The notes beneath the pieces are model-generated. The model did not search any database. It was not told where the DNA came from and saw only the letters and a program-made list of their open reading frames with translations. Below are positions 44,371-53,961 of a stretch of 64,000 nucleotides of DNA, one piece after another. Source of the stretch: a virus. The position numbers and the translations under genes were made by a program. How positions within the stretch are numbered: position 1 is the first letter of the stretch; every line of letters begins with the position of its first letter. The stretch lies in IMG/VR virus record IMGVR_UViG_3300021961_000068, positions 1 through 64,000 of that record. One strand, 5' to 3'.

Positions 44371-46581
44371 CTACCCCTCGTTGAATCCGAAACGGAGACG
44401 GCAACGGCAGTTAAAAGTGAGTGCGGGTGGGGCTATCGGGTCGCCAGGAAAACGCAACACCATTCCGTCAACAACAAACCCATCACCAAAATCTACTGTT
44501 TTCCCTTCAAGAAATTTATGCGCAGTACGAACACGAGAATCTTTTCGGGTTAGCCAAGTCTTAGTAAAATTACCTGTGCTGTCTTTGCCTGCCAAATATA
44601 CGCCCCCGTTATAGGAAGACTGTGCTTCATGTTCGGCAATGTCTCGTTTACGCTTGGAAATAAGTTTCAAGAATATTGCGATTAAAGCCAGACGTAGAAG
44701 AACTGATCTTTCTTCTTGATTTTCTTCCATCAACGCTACAGCAATAGCCGCGGCAATTTCCGCTCCTGTACTTGTATTGGCTTCTTGCACCCTTGCAACT
44801 TGTTGTTGGGCGAGTTTCTCAACTTCTTGAGGATTAAGGGATACCTGCTCGCTAGTTCTAGAAGCAACATATTCTTTTGCATCTTGATAGATGGCAACGA
44901 TTATTGGTTCCAAATCATCTGCAAGTTGTTTGTTCCAAACCTCAGGGTCAAAGACCATGTCTACAGTCAGAGCACCGCTTGTCAACGCTTTCATTCCTCG
45001 TTTACCAAATGCTTTCTCCATGACGACTCTTTGTTGTCTCTCAAATAGTCGTTCAAGGGCGCGGTCAAGAATCTCAGTCCATCTTTCGGTGTCTGTGTCC
45101 GCTTTGGTTTCAAGGTCGTTGAGAAACTTGAGTTGCATTTCGCTCTGAATCTTTTCAAACTCAGAGAGTTGTTGATCAGGTGTGAGAGCCGCTGTTTCTG
45201 TTGGTGCTTCCGCTGGTAGGTCTGGCGCAGGTACTGGCGCTGGCGGTGCGGGTTGTGGCATTTCCATAGCACCTTCTTGTGGTGGGAGACCACCGGGGAC
45301 AGCGTTTGGATCAACACCCGCCATATCAACTGGCTGTTGTTCTTCAGGTTTAAACGGTTTCTCTGTGTTGGCAATAGGTGTGAGGTTCGGGTTAGACAGA
45401 AGACTGTCAGCGAGTTCGGACTCAACCTTTTTACGACCTGTTGCGTTTCGGTATTCGTTAAGGCTGATCAAGCCTTGCTGAAATTCGTCCATGACATAGC
45501 GTTCACGTTCTTGTTTGGCGAGAATAAGAATTGGAATATCGTCAGTATCAAAGTCAACATAATATTTATCGTCAAGTTCATCAAGCGCCCGAGCAAGAGT
45601 GTGAAGATGAGGTGCCATTGTTTCCATCCAAAACACTCTTAATTCTTCAGAAGCGTTCGCAAAAGTTCTGCCAGCGGCGTTACCTATAACTGATTCAGGA
45701 ACACCGAACGCGGCGAAGATTTCATTCTTTTGTATTTCACGCATCTGTGTATAAGCGGCGTCTCTTGGTGACGCGGAAGTATCCACATAGTCAACTCCTG
45801 CTTCTGAAGCAATAACTGTCGTAGAACCTGTTTTGGAAAGGTTGCCACGAAAACGGTTTTTTAACTCTTGTTTGTCATCGTCTTCCATGTCGCCACGAAC
45901 AACAAGTAACCCGCCAGGTCGTCCATCATTTAGAAGATAGTTGCGGTTATAAAGTTTTGACAAAGTTTCTAATTCAATCGCTATACCAGCAGATTCCATT
46001 GGGGTCATTGAAAGGTATGGATCTAGCGGATGTGGTCTACGGATCCAACAAACATCTTCTGGTTTGAGGGTAAATTTTGTGCCGTTACGCATATCTACTT
46101 CAAAACCTGACACAAATTTTTTCGGGTCAGGAAGCGGAGCAGTAAATTGAGGAGGAAGAAGTTGTAGGGCAATAATTTTGCCGTCACGAGAACGAACCTT
46201 CTCAATGAAAACACCTCTTGTACTCATCAAAAGTTGTGCTGAAATTCTGTACCTAAAAGCAAAAGAATTTTCGCCCTCATTTGATTTTGAGTTAAAAATT
46301 TCTAGCAACGATTCGTTACTTTTAGTTTTTTCCCCACGTTGGTCGTTGCCTTTTCTTAAAATTACAGGGAGTCGGGCTTGGTTTCCTGCGATTGCATCGA
46401 TACACCGAAAAACCCAAGTAACTTTTTGCATACCGTCTCGGTACGCACGCTCAATATCCCAACCATCTTTATACGGTTTTCCTGCCCGTTGAGTATCAAA
46501 CGCAATAGGGGCGCCAGGATTGGACATCGCTTTTTCACTGATGTTCCTAAGATCTTTATTGTTATTACTGTTCCAAGCCAT
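44371..46581 (-). CDS. HK97-family portal protein fused to MuF/gp7 head-morphogenesis domain
   Basis: WVFRCIDAIA; NDGRPGG; IFAAFGVP; ISLNEYR; C-terminal KTWLTRKDSRVRTAH...FPGDP...NCRC. Confidence 0.92.
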   Translation of the reverse strand: MAWNSNNNKDLRNISEKAMSNPGAPIAFDTQRAGKPYKDGWDIERAYRDGMQKVTWVFRCIDAIAGNQARLPVILRKGNDQRGEKTKSNESLLEIFNSKSNEGENSFAFRYRISAQLLMSTRGVFIEKVRSRDGKIIALQLLPPQFTAPLPDPKKFVSGFEVDMRNGTKFTLKPEDVCWIRRPHPLDPYLSMTPMESAGIAIELETLSKLYNRNYLLNDGRPGGLLVVRGDMEDDDKQELKNRFRGNLSKTGSTTVIASEAGVDYVDTSASPRDAAYTQMREIQKNEIFAAFGVPESVIGNAAGRTFANASEELRVFWMETMAPHLHTLARALDELDDKYYVDFDTDDIPILILAKQERERYVMDEFQQGLISLNEYRNATGRKKVESELADSLLSNPNLTPIANTEKPFKPEEQQPVDMAGVDPNAVPGGLPPQEGAMEMPQPAPPAPVPAPDLPAEAPTETAALTPDQQLSEFEKIQSEMQLKFLNDLETKADTDTERWTEILDRALERLFERQQRVVMEKAFGKRGMKALTSGALTVDMVFDPEVWNKQLADDLEPIIVAIYQDAKEYVASRTSEQVSLNPQEVEKLAQQQVARVQEANTSTGAEIAAAIAVALMEENQEERSVLLRLALIAIFLKLISKRKRDIAEHEAQSSYNGGVYLAGKDSTGNFTKTWLTRKDSRVRTAHKFLEGKTVDFGDGFVVDGMVLRFPGDPIAPPALTFNCRCRLRFGFNEG

Positions 46582-46769
46582 TATTCAGATCCCAACAGAT
46601 ACCCATAGATTCCGCAAGCAATACCACCAGTAATAAATCCCGCAGGCGGAAATATAAGACCAGTACCTAACGCAACGCCTACGACGAATAGAAACATCAG
46701 ACAGTTTGCAAGGTTGCGGCGTGTGGCGAATAACTTAAGTTTGCGATAAATATCCATTGAGACCGTCAC
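46581..46769 (-). CDS. Small two-TM membrane protein upstream of portal
   Basis: LMFLFVVGVALGTGLIFPPAGFITGGIACGIYGYLLG; same position and type as in many HK97-like head operons. Confidence 0.7.
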   Translation of the reverse strand: MTVSMDIYRKLKLFATRRNLANCLMFLFVVGVALGTGLIFPPAGFITGGIACGIYGYLLGSE

Positions 46770-46831
46770 CTTAGCAAATGAAAGACCTATTTAATACTAC
46801 ATTATGTATCTACCTATTTTTACGAGGGCTA

Positions 46832-48136
46832 ATGGCTGACTGGGATAAAATTTACGAATACCTTCAACCGAAGGAACCTTTGTTTTGTCCTGAGGAAGCA
46901 TCGTTGACTCAAAAAGTTTTTTTGAGAAGTTATTCACTTGAAGGTCTTTTTGGTGGGGCGGCTGGCGGAGGTAAGTCTTCTGCGTTGTTGATGTCTGCTT
47001 TGCAGTATGTAGATGTACCTAATTATTCAGCCATTTTGTTCCGTCGCACATATGCGGACTTGGCTTTGCCTGGTGCGCTAATGGATCGTTTCCGTGGTTG
47101 GGTTTCGGCATACGAAGATGTTCATTGGAACGCCAATAGTTATGTTGCAACATTCCCATCTGGTGCCCGTGTTTCGTTTGGATATCTAAATAACACAAAC
47201 GACTACCTGAGATATAAAGGCTCGGAGTTTCAGTTTATTGGCATGGACGAGGTGACAGAAATCCGTGAGAATGATTACAGGTATATGTTTTCTCGTTTGC
47301 GCCGACCTGCTTCTGGTCCTCTTTCTAAGGTTCCCCTACGAATGCGTTCAGCCTCTAACCCTGCCCCTAACTGGGTTCGGCAGAGATTTATTGTGGAAGG
47401 CAAAAATGAGCAGCGATTTTTTGTACCTTCATTTTTAACTGATAACCCAGGAATTGATGCCGAGTCATATCGTCAGGCATTGTCCGTCCTTGACCCTGTT
47501 GAGCGCCGAAGGCTTGAATTTGGTGACTGGTGGGCAACCACTCTTGGAACATTGTTTGACAGAACTGACTTCCCGATTATTGATGGAGCAGACGTCCCAA
47601 CAATCACTAGCGCTGCTCGTGCCGTAAGGTATTGGGACTTGGCGGCTACAGAACCGCACTCAGGTAATACCGACCCTGACTGGACGGTGGGAACATTAAT
47701 GCTTTTTGACCAAGGAATTGCCTACATTATGGATGTTCGCAAGATTAGGGCAAAATCAGACAAAGTAGAAACCTTTATTTCGCAGACCGCTCAAGAAGAC
47801 GGCAAAGCCGTGGCTATCCGAATGGAGCAGGAACCGGGTTCTTCAGGTAAAGCATTGATAGACCAATATGCAAGATACGTCGTGCCGGGTTGGGATTTGG
47901 AGGGAATTCGTTCATCAGGCGATAAACAAACCCGAGCGAGACCATTTGCCGCGGCTGTTGCTAACGGCAATGTGCGTTTAGTGCGTGGGAAATGGATTAC
48001 TGACTGGTTGGATGAAATATCTTCGTTTCCCGAGGCTTGTAATCATGATGACCAAGTGGACTCGGCGGTTGGAGCATTTACTTTTTTAACTGGTTTAGGG
48101 TTGCCTCAAAGGAAAAGAGCCACTATCATCGTCTAG
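46832..48136 (+). CDS. terL: Terminase large subunit
   Basis: GGAAGGGKS Walker A; FIGMDEV Walker B; ASNP; YWDLAA; EQEPGSSGK; HDDQVDS. Confidence 0.95.
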   Translation: MADWDKIYEYLQPKEPLFCPEEASLTQKVFLRSYSLEGLFGGAAGGGKSSALLMSALQYVDVPNYSAILFRRTYADLALPGALMDRFRGWVSAYEDVHWNANSYVATFPSGARVSFGYLNNTNDYLRYKGSEFQFIGMDEVTEIRENDYRYMFSRLRRPASGPLSKVPLRMRSASNPAPNWVRQRFIVEGKNEQRFFVPSFLTDNPGIDAESYRQALSVLDPVERRRLEFGDWWATTLGTLFDRTDFPIIDGADVPTITSAARAVRYWDLAATEPHSGNTDPDWTVGTLMLFDQGIAYIMDVRKIRAKSDKVETFISQTAQEDGKAVAIRMEQEPGSSGKALIDQYARYVVPGWDLEGIRSSGDKQTRARPFAAAVANGNVRLVRGKWITDWLDEISSFPEACNHDDQVDSAVGAFTFLTGLGLPQRKRATIIV

Positions 48137-48173
48137 GTAAACCTATACCACTATTGCCGAGAGGATTAAACTA

Positions 48174-48425
48174 ATGAATAAAACGTATAAATCCCCAACC
48201 AAAACGCAGTTAAAAACTGCAACTAATCAAAGCAAAGATGTAATTGCTGAATGGGTGAAAAAGTCAAGAAAAAATCTTGAACTAAGCCAAGAGGGTTTAG
48301 CAGAAATTGCAGGCATTGATCGCAAGACTATTAACCGAATTGAGAACGGTCACTTTTCTCCAAGCATTGAAACCTTGGTCAGAATTTCTGTTTCACTTAA
48401 CTCCAAAATTCCTTCACTTGTATGA
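48174..48425 (+). CDS. XRE-family HTH regulator
   Basis: LSQEGLAEIAGIDRKTINRIENGHFSPSIETL. Confidence 0.9.
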   Translation: MNKTYKSPTKTQLKTATNQSKDVIAEWVKKSRKNLELSQEGLAEIAGIDRKTINRIENGHFSPSIETLVRISVSLNSKIPSLV

Positions 48426-48934
48426 GCGAATTCCCTTTTAAAAATGTTGACAGGCTTAAGCCTTTCCTTGAATTTCGTAAAGCGTTAATGGCGGTAGAAG
48501 AAAGCGCTTTACAAAATTTAGAAACAGACGATGAGCAACTATGGTATGACACCCTTGTCTTGCTTCACTCAATCAAAGGTGATGTTGCTTCTATGTTTAC
48601 GCAATATTCAAACCTGTTCGCAAACAAAATTGAGACCGATGAAGCAACAGCATCTAACGGTCAAAAGATTGAGAAGAAATCGGCGTTTGATCGCAAAGGA
48701 TGGAAGCACGAAGATCTTGCTTCTGAGGTTTTACGGAGACTCAATGATTTGTCTGTTGATATGGATACGGGCGAAGTTGTCATGTCAGCCAATGAGGTTG
48801 CTATGAAACTTCTTGACTATGTACAACCTTCTTATTGGCGCATAAAAGAGTTGTCAAAACTAGGTATCAATGCAGATCAATACTGTGAAGTAGGCGAACT
48901 TAAAACAAGCATCATCGTAAGAAAGGAACAATAA
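48422..48934 (+). CDS. Hypothetical protein in recombination operon
   Basis: 170 aa, coupled to both neighbours. Confidence 0.7.
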   Translation: MSEFPFKNVDRLKPFLEFRKALMAVEESALQNLETDDEQLWYDTLVLLHSIKGDVASMFTQYSNLFANKIETDEATASNGQKIEKKSAFDRKGWKHEDLASEVLRRLNDLSVDMDTGEVVMSANEVAMKLLDYVQPSYWRIKELSKLGINADQYCEVGELKTSIIVRKEQ

Positions 48935-49629
48935 TGAATAACATTTATTCACAACTCACAGAATCTTTTCCACCCGAAATGGAAAAACGCCTCAACAAAG
49001 GTGGCGCGAACTTGGTCTATGTGCCAATTAGTGAGGTCATCAACCGTATGAATAAAGTTCTCGGCGTGGAAAATTGGTCGTTCACTGTCAAAAATTGGCA
49101 ACAACTTGGAACATCAATCGTTGCCCAAGTTTCTGTCGTCGCAACTATTGAAGGCAATACCGTTACCCGTGATGGTGTTGGCGGACAAAAAATTAAAATG
49201 TCCAAAAATGGTGACCCTGTTGATATTGGGGACGAAGTTAAAGGCGCTGTTTCGGACGCTTTGAAGAAAGCGGTTCAGACTCTTGGCATTTGCTTGTATC
49301 TTGCCCGCTCAGAAGAAGCAATTGAAATAGAGCAAGCAATGGAAGCCACTGCGGTTGTATCTTTAGCGCCTGTTGTCTCTCCTAAATATGCGCAGTTCAA
49401 AACATTACTTGAAGCCAAAGATGAAAATAAAGCAAAGATTAAAAGTTTTTGGTCTAACTATGGCGGAGGTCGCCCTGTTCCTAAACCATCAGAGTTCACC
49501 GAAGAAGAACTTGATGTGCTTATTACAGAACTAATTTCTTACCAGTTTGAAGGATCAGTTGTCGTGGAAACGCCGACACCTAAAAAGACCAAATCTCCCG
49601 AGATGCCACCTCGCAAAGATATTGACTAG
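48934..49629 (+). CDS. Rad52/Sak-like single-strand annealing protein
   Basis: YVPISEVINRMNKVLGVENWSF...KGAVSDALKKAVQTLGICLYL. Confidence 0.85.
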   Translation: MNNIYSQLTESFPPEMEKRLNKGGANLVYVPISEVINRMNKVLGVENWSFTVKNWQQLGTSIVAQVSVVATIEGNTVTRDGVGGQKIKMSKNGDPVDIGDEVKGAVSDALKKAVQTLGICLYLARSEEAIEIEQAMEATAVVSLAPVVSPKYAQFKTLLEAKDENKAKIKSFWSNYGGGRPVPKPSEFTEEELDVLITELISYQFEGSVVVETPTPKKTKSPEMPPRKDID

Positions 49630-49630
49630 T

Positions 49631-50395
49631 GTGCTCAATGCCCCTGAATATCTCTCACCGAGTTCAATAAGCACATTTCAGCAATGTCCGTATAAGTACA
49701 AACTTTCTCGGATTGATGGGCTTAAAGAACCTGCAACAGAGCATACATTGCTCGGCAATTATGTGCATTCCATTTTGGAAGAGTTCTACCGTCTTGATGC
49801 ATCACAGCGGACAGTGTTAGGTGCTCGGACTTTATTTCGTTCTATTTGGGATAACTATTCTGAAGAAGTCATCAATATTTATCGTGGTAACAAAACTCGT
49901 ATCAATGAATTTAGGTTAAGGGCGCGTTACTGCATAGAAAACCTTATGGCGATGGAACCGTCTGATGCAATTGAGTTTGACGGTATTGAGACAGAACTAA
50001 ATCACTCCGTGCTTGGCGTTCAAATCAAAGGTTTTATTGACAGATGGGTAGTCAAAGAAGGAAAAATAAATATTGGAGATTACAAAACAGGCAAAGTTCC
50101 TCAGTTGCGATTCCGAGATGACAAATTTGACCAACTACTTATTTATGCGGTTATCTTGTCCGAAATTGAAGAGAAGGAGATTGGTACCTTAGAGTTGCTC
50201 TACATTAAAGACGGGGTTAAACTAACCAAGGATCCAACTCAAGAAGATGTAAATAGAATAAAAACAATGTTAGTGGAAGTAAGAAGCGCCATAGATGAAC
50301 GATGCCAAACGGAAGTTTTTGAAACCAAAGTCGGTGTATTGTGCGGATGGTGTCACTTTAAACCTATATGTCCTGCATGGAGTAAAAAGAAATGA
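49631..50395 (+). CDS. RecB/Cas4-like PD-(D/E)XK exonuclease
   Basis: LSPSSISTFQQCP...GNYVHSILE...GFIDR...DYKTGK...QLLIY...CGWCHFKPICP. Confidence 0.9.
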   Translation: MLNAPEYLSPSSISTFQQCPYKYKLSRIDGLKEPATEHTLLGNYVHSILEEFYRLDASQRTVLGARTLFRSIWDNYSEEVINIYRGNKTRINEFRLRARYCIENLMAMEPSDAIEFDGIETELNHSVLGVQIKGFIDRWVVKEGKINIGDYKTGKVPQLRFRDDKFDQLLIYAVILSEIEEKEIGTLELLYIKDGVKLTKDPTQEDVNRIKTMLVEVRSAIDERCQTEVFETKVGVLCGWCHFKPICPAWSKKK

Positions 50396-50901
50396 ACGAC
50401 GAAGCATTCTCGCGACTTGTCGCAGAAGAAGTAAAAAACAAAGCATCCGAAGCACAAAAAAAATATTTGTCAATGCCTGAAAATCTAGATAGATGGAAGC
50501 GGGCGTTGCAGTATCTCGCCACAAACCTTGAAGAACAAATCAAAGAAATTGATCGTCAAGAAAAATTACGCTCAATTCAATATAAGAGTTTAGGTGAGGA
50601 AGGCGACCTTTTGCTCGCCGAGGCTTCAGCAAACTCTGGTGTACGTAGATCAAAAATTGACAGGTTCAGATTTTTTGTGTCAGCCAAACTTGATGAAGTT
50701 TCAAGGATGGTTGCATCTGTTTCTGATGATGGTTCTTCAGATGATTTTCATCGTAAAGCAATAAAAAAGTGGTGGTCTCTAATGCAAGAATTTGAGATGG
50801 AACCAACACGAATAGACCATGCGCTTTATGCGTCGCTAGATGGCAAATGGGAGTTTGACGAACTTAGCCTAGAAAACAACTTTGACGATTTTGAAGACTA
50901 G
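50392..50901 (+). CDS. Hypothetical protein
   Basis: 169 aa, ATGA-coupled. Confidence 0.7.
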   Translation: MNDEAFSRLVAEEVKNKASEAQKKYLSMPENLDRWKRALQYLATNLEEQIKEIDRQEKLRSIQYKSLGEEGDLLLAEASANSGVRRSKIDRFRFFVSAKLDEVSRMVASVSDDGSSDDFHRKAIKKWWSLMQEFEMEPTRIDHALYASLDGKWEFDELSLENNFDDFED

Positions 50902-50912
50902 GAAATTGTCTT

Positions 50913-52046
50913 TTGACCCGTCAACGACTGTTCCTTGACACATCGTGTGTTGATGCGGCAAGAGAACGGCTACGCCATGTCTACAACACTTTTGACACTG
51001 TCTGCTACCAATTTTCTGGAGGGAAGGACAGCACAGCCATAATTTATTTGGCTAAAGAAATACACGAAGAAAGAAACCTTGGAAAAGTAAAAGTTATTTT
51101 TCGTGACGAAGAAATGGTTAGCCCTGCCGTAATCAGATTTGTTGAAAAAGTTCGGCAATACGATTGGGTTGACATGGAATGGTATTGCCTTCCATCGGGT
51201 CAAGAGATTTGGGTTTTAGGTAGACGAGAATATGTTTTGTTGTGGTCACCCCAACGACGAGAAGATGGTCGTTTAATAAGAGAAATGCCTGAGTGGGCTA
51301 TTAAGGCGGAACATTTTGGTTTAGATCCGTCTAAACCCTGTCCGAATCTTGTTGATTATTACACCATGCAAGGCAAAAAAGGTAGAACTGCCTTCGTTAT
51401 GGGTGTTAGAGCAAACGAGTCAATGGTTAGGTATCGGTCGTGTGTTCAAAAACTTCACGAAAATTATATTGTTTCCCCGTTCCTACTGCAAAAATCTATT
51501 CCATTAAAATTTGCAAAAGTTATTTACGATTGGACAACTGAAGACGTTCTCAAATTCATTATTGACGAACACAAAGCCGAGTATTGCGAATATTATGACT
51601 TGGCTGAATTAACTGGAAGCAATAGTCGTGTTGGGATACCGCTTCACTCAGTTGCAATTCGGAGAATAGGTGATGTTGTTGCAACCGAACCAGAGTTCTA
51701 CGACCAACTTGTTCGTTGTTTCCCGCAGATAGACGCACAACGAAGATACTGGGCGGATTTCAACATTGAGACACTCATTTTAAATTATGCGGTCAATGGG
51801 TGGGATGGTGTTTCTGAGTGCATAGATGACCACATGCTGACGCCAGGTATCCGCTTAGACGCACTAAAATTTGCTTCCGCGTTTCGCAAAAAACGTGCCG
51901 TAGATCCTCACGGGTTCCCCTTGGAGTATCTAATAAGAACTTTGATGTTAAATGAATTCCATCAGTCAACACCAACACCCGTAGGACCCAAAACAAGAGC
52001 GCACACAATGAGGCTTAAAGCCATAGAGGCTGGAGAGGATTACTAA
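50913..52046 (+). CDS. PAPS-reductase-like PP-loop protein (IbrA-like)
   Basis: AARERL...FSGGKDS; FRDEE; MGVRANESMVRY; IYDWTTEDV. Confidence 0.85.
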   Translation: MTRQRLFLDTSCVDAARERLRHVYNTFDTVCYQFSGGKDSTAIIYLAKEIHEERNLGKVKVIFRDEEMVSPAVIRFVEKVRQYDWVDMEWYCLPSGQEIWVLGRREYVLLWSPQRREDGRLIREMPEWAIKAEHFGLDPSKPCPNLVDYYTMQGKKGRTAFVMGVRANESMVRYRSCVQKLHENYIVSPFLLQKSIPLKFAKVIYDWTTEDVLKFIIDEHKAEYCEYYDLAELTGSNSRVGIPLHSVAIRRIGDVVATEPEFYDQLVRCFPQIDAQRRYWADFNIETLILNYAVNGWDGVSECIDDHMLTPGIRLDALKFASAFRKKRAVDPHGFPLEYLIRTLMLNEFHQSTPTPVGPKTRAHTMRLKAIEAGEDY

Positions 52047-52048
52047 CT

Positions 52049-52597
52049 ATGAAAATTGTTGATGTAAGTAATAAGGTTTTAAAAATATCCCCATGGGGGG
52101 CAACAAGTATTTTACGACCTGAAAAGATGTTATTGAGGGTCTCTTTGTTGGAACACGGTTGGCTTCAACCGCTTGTTGTGAGATCGTCAGACAACACAAT
52201 CATTGACGGTTATCAGCGTTATCTTATTTCTGTGGACGAAGACAAGTTTGTGAAGAAGCACGGGAGTTCTATCCCTGTTCTATATCAGGATGTGGATGAA
52301 ATTGATGCAATGGTTCTCCATGTGAGATTGAACAGGGCTAAGGGTTCGGTCAACTCTTACGCTTTAAGTAGGCTGATTAAAAGAATAATTTCGTCAAATA
52401 AATATGATGAAAACGACTTGGCTAATTTGTTTTTAATGCATGACGACGAAATAGACCTTCTCATGTCTGATGGTTTATTAAAGAAAAAGAATTGGCAGAA
52501 GTACGAGTATTCTCGTGCTTGGGTTCCGATTGAGGTAGCCAAACCCGCATCGGAGGATTCTATGCAGATTGAGCGACCTCCAAACAAAGATCGTTAG
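52049..52597 (+). CDS. ParB-like protein (IbrB-like)
   Basis: LLRVSLLEHGWLQPLVV...IIDGYQR...HVRLNRAKG. Confidence 0.85.
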   Translation: MKIVDVSNKVLKISPWGATSILRPEKMLLRVSLLEHGWLQPLVVRSSDNTIIDGYQRYLISVDEDKFVKKHGSSIPVLYQDVDEIDAMVLHVRLNRAKGSVNSYALSRLIKRIISSNKYDENDLANLFLMHDDEIDLLMSDGLLKKKNWQKYEYSRAWVPIEVAKPASEDSMQIERPPNKDR

Positions 52598-52655
52598 ATA
52601 TTGCCAATAGATGATATGTGGTAAAATTCGGGTAGTCCTTTTCAGGAGAGTACCC

Positions 52656-53066
52656 ATGCCACGACCAAGAATGACGGAAGATGTTGAATTCCGAACAGAT
52701 GTAGATGCTGACGGCGGTGTTGTTCGTCGTGCCCGTTTTGTTAGTCGCCCTCGTGTCGTGGGTGGTCGTAGGGTTCCAGGTAATGCAAGATATTACCGCC
52801 GTCGTCAAGCACAACTGAACGCAGCAAGAAGGCAACGCCGTGGTGCTGTCGCTGGTGCCCGTAATGCTGCTCGTCGTGGTCGTGCTGCCGAAAGAACAGC
52901 GCGTGGTGCGGGTCGTACGGGTCGTAATGCAGGCAATCCAAGAACAGTAACCCCAAGAAGCGCTGGAAGCGCAGGTCGTCGTCGTGGCGGTGTCAGGGGG
53001 GCTCTTGCTCGTGTCGCTAGAGGTGTTGCTGACAGGCTTGAAAGACGCCGCACCCGTCGTCGCTAA
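52656..53066 (+). CDS. Arg-rich, protamine-like protein
   Basis: Extremely Arg/Gly/Ala-rich; AGGAG RBS before ATG 52656. Confidence 0.65.
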   Translation: MPRPRMTEDVEFRTDVDADGGVVRRARFVSRPRVVGGRRVPGNARYYRRRQAQLNAARRQRRGAVAGARNAARRGRAAERTARGAGRTGRNAGNPRTVTPRSAGSAGRRRGGVRGALARVARGVADRLERRRTRRR

Positions 53067-53082
53067 CAATCGGAGGTAACCG

Positions 53083-53958
53083 ATGGCTTTAGTGACGGTA
53101 TCTGATCTAAAGACTTACATGGATATTAGTTTTTCTAATAGGCAAGAAGACGCTGCCCAATTTGTTATTGATGGTCTTCAAAGCGAGTTGGAAACATATT
53201 TGCGCCGACCCATTGAGGTTGCATCATTTGTGGAGACTTATGTTCTTGATTCTGACCATGTTGGTTTGCCAATGGGTTCAAGTCTTTTCAACGATGTTTA
53301 CAACTCCACCGATGTTGACCCTGTTGGAATTATTACTTACGGCACACCACCTCCAACAATTTATTTAAAGAATTCTCCTGTTATTTCCGTTCAAAGCGTT
53401 ACCGTCAAAAATCTTTCGGAAGTTCAGCAAACTTTAGGTGAGGCACTAAAGAGGCAAGCAACAGTTAGTTCAGTAACGGTGTCAGGCTCCAATGCTGTCT
53501 ACACTGCTTCTAGTCACGGTATGACTGTTGGTCAGACAGTGTCTATAACGGAGATGTCTAGTAGCGCATTGAATTTAACTTCAAAGGTGATTACTGCTGT
53601 TGCGACCAATACGTTCACTGTTGTCCAGAGTGGTCTCTCAGCAGGAACCTACGCTGAAGCAGGCACTGCAAATGCATACGGTTACGACTACACGGTTCGC
53701 ACATATGGCATTGATTATTACCGTGGGTACGCCAACGACAATGTGACCATAACTTACACTGCTGGTTTGGCTGGCGACGGAATCAAAATGTTTAAGTTAA
53801 TGATTCTTCGCGCTGCGGCTCGTGAAGTACAAAACATGCACGACGATGTTGTAGGTATTAAAGATCTCGGTGCTCGTGAAGTTGCTTTACAGGAAACAGG
53901 TTTCTTGGAAAAAGAATTGATGTCTGTGAAACGGTGGCGCAGAAACAGGATTGGTTAA
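53083..53958 (+). CDS. Head-tail adaptor (gp6/gp15-like) with beta-rich insertion
   Basis: MALVTVSDLKTYM...ETYLRR...VTITYTAG...VKRWRR; first gene of the neck module. Confidence 0.75.
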   Translation: MALVTVSDLKTYMDISFSNRQEDAAQFVIDGLQSELETYLRRPIEVASFVETYVLDSDHVGLPMGSSLFNDVYNSTDVDPVGIITYGTPPPTIYLKNSPVISVQSVTVKNLSEVQQTLGEALKRQATVSSVTVSGSNAVYTASSHGMTVGQTVSITEMSSSALNLTSKVITAVATNTFTVVQSGLSAGTYAEAGTANAYGYDYTVRTYGIDYYRGYANDNVTITYTAGLAGDGIKMFKLMILRAAAREVQNMHDDVVGIKDLGAREVALQETGFLEKELMSVKRWRRNRIG

Positions 53959-53961
53959 ATC

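Noticed and set aside
49631-50395. Cas4 as evidence of a CRISPR-Cas system
   Set aside because: Sits next to a Sak/Rad52 annealase with no cas1 or array; ordinary phage recombination exonuclease.
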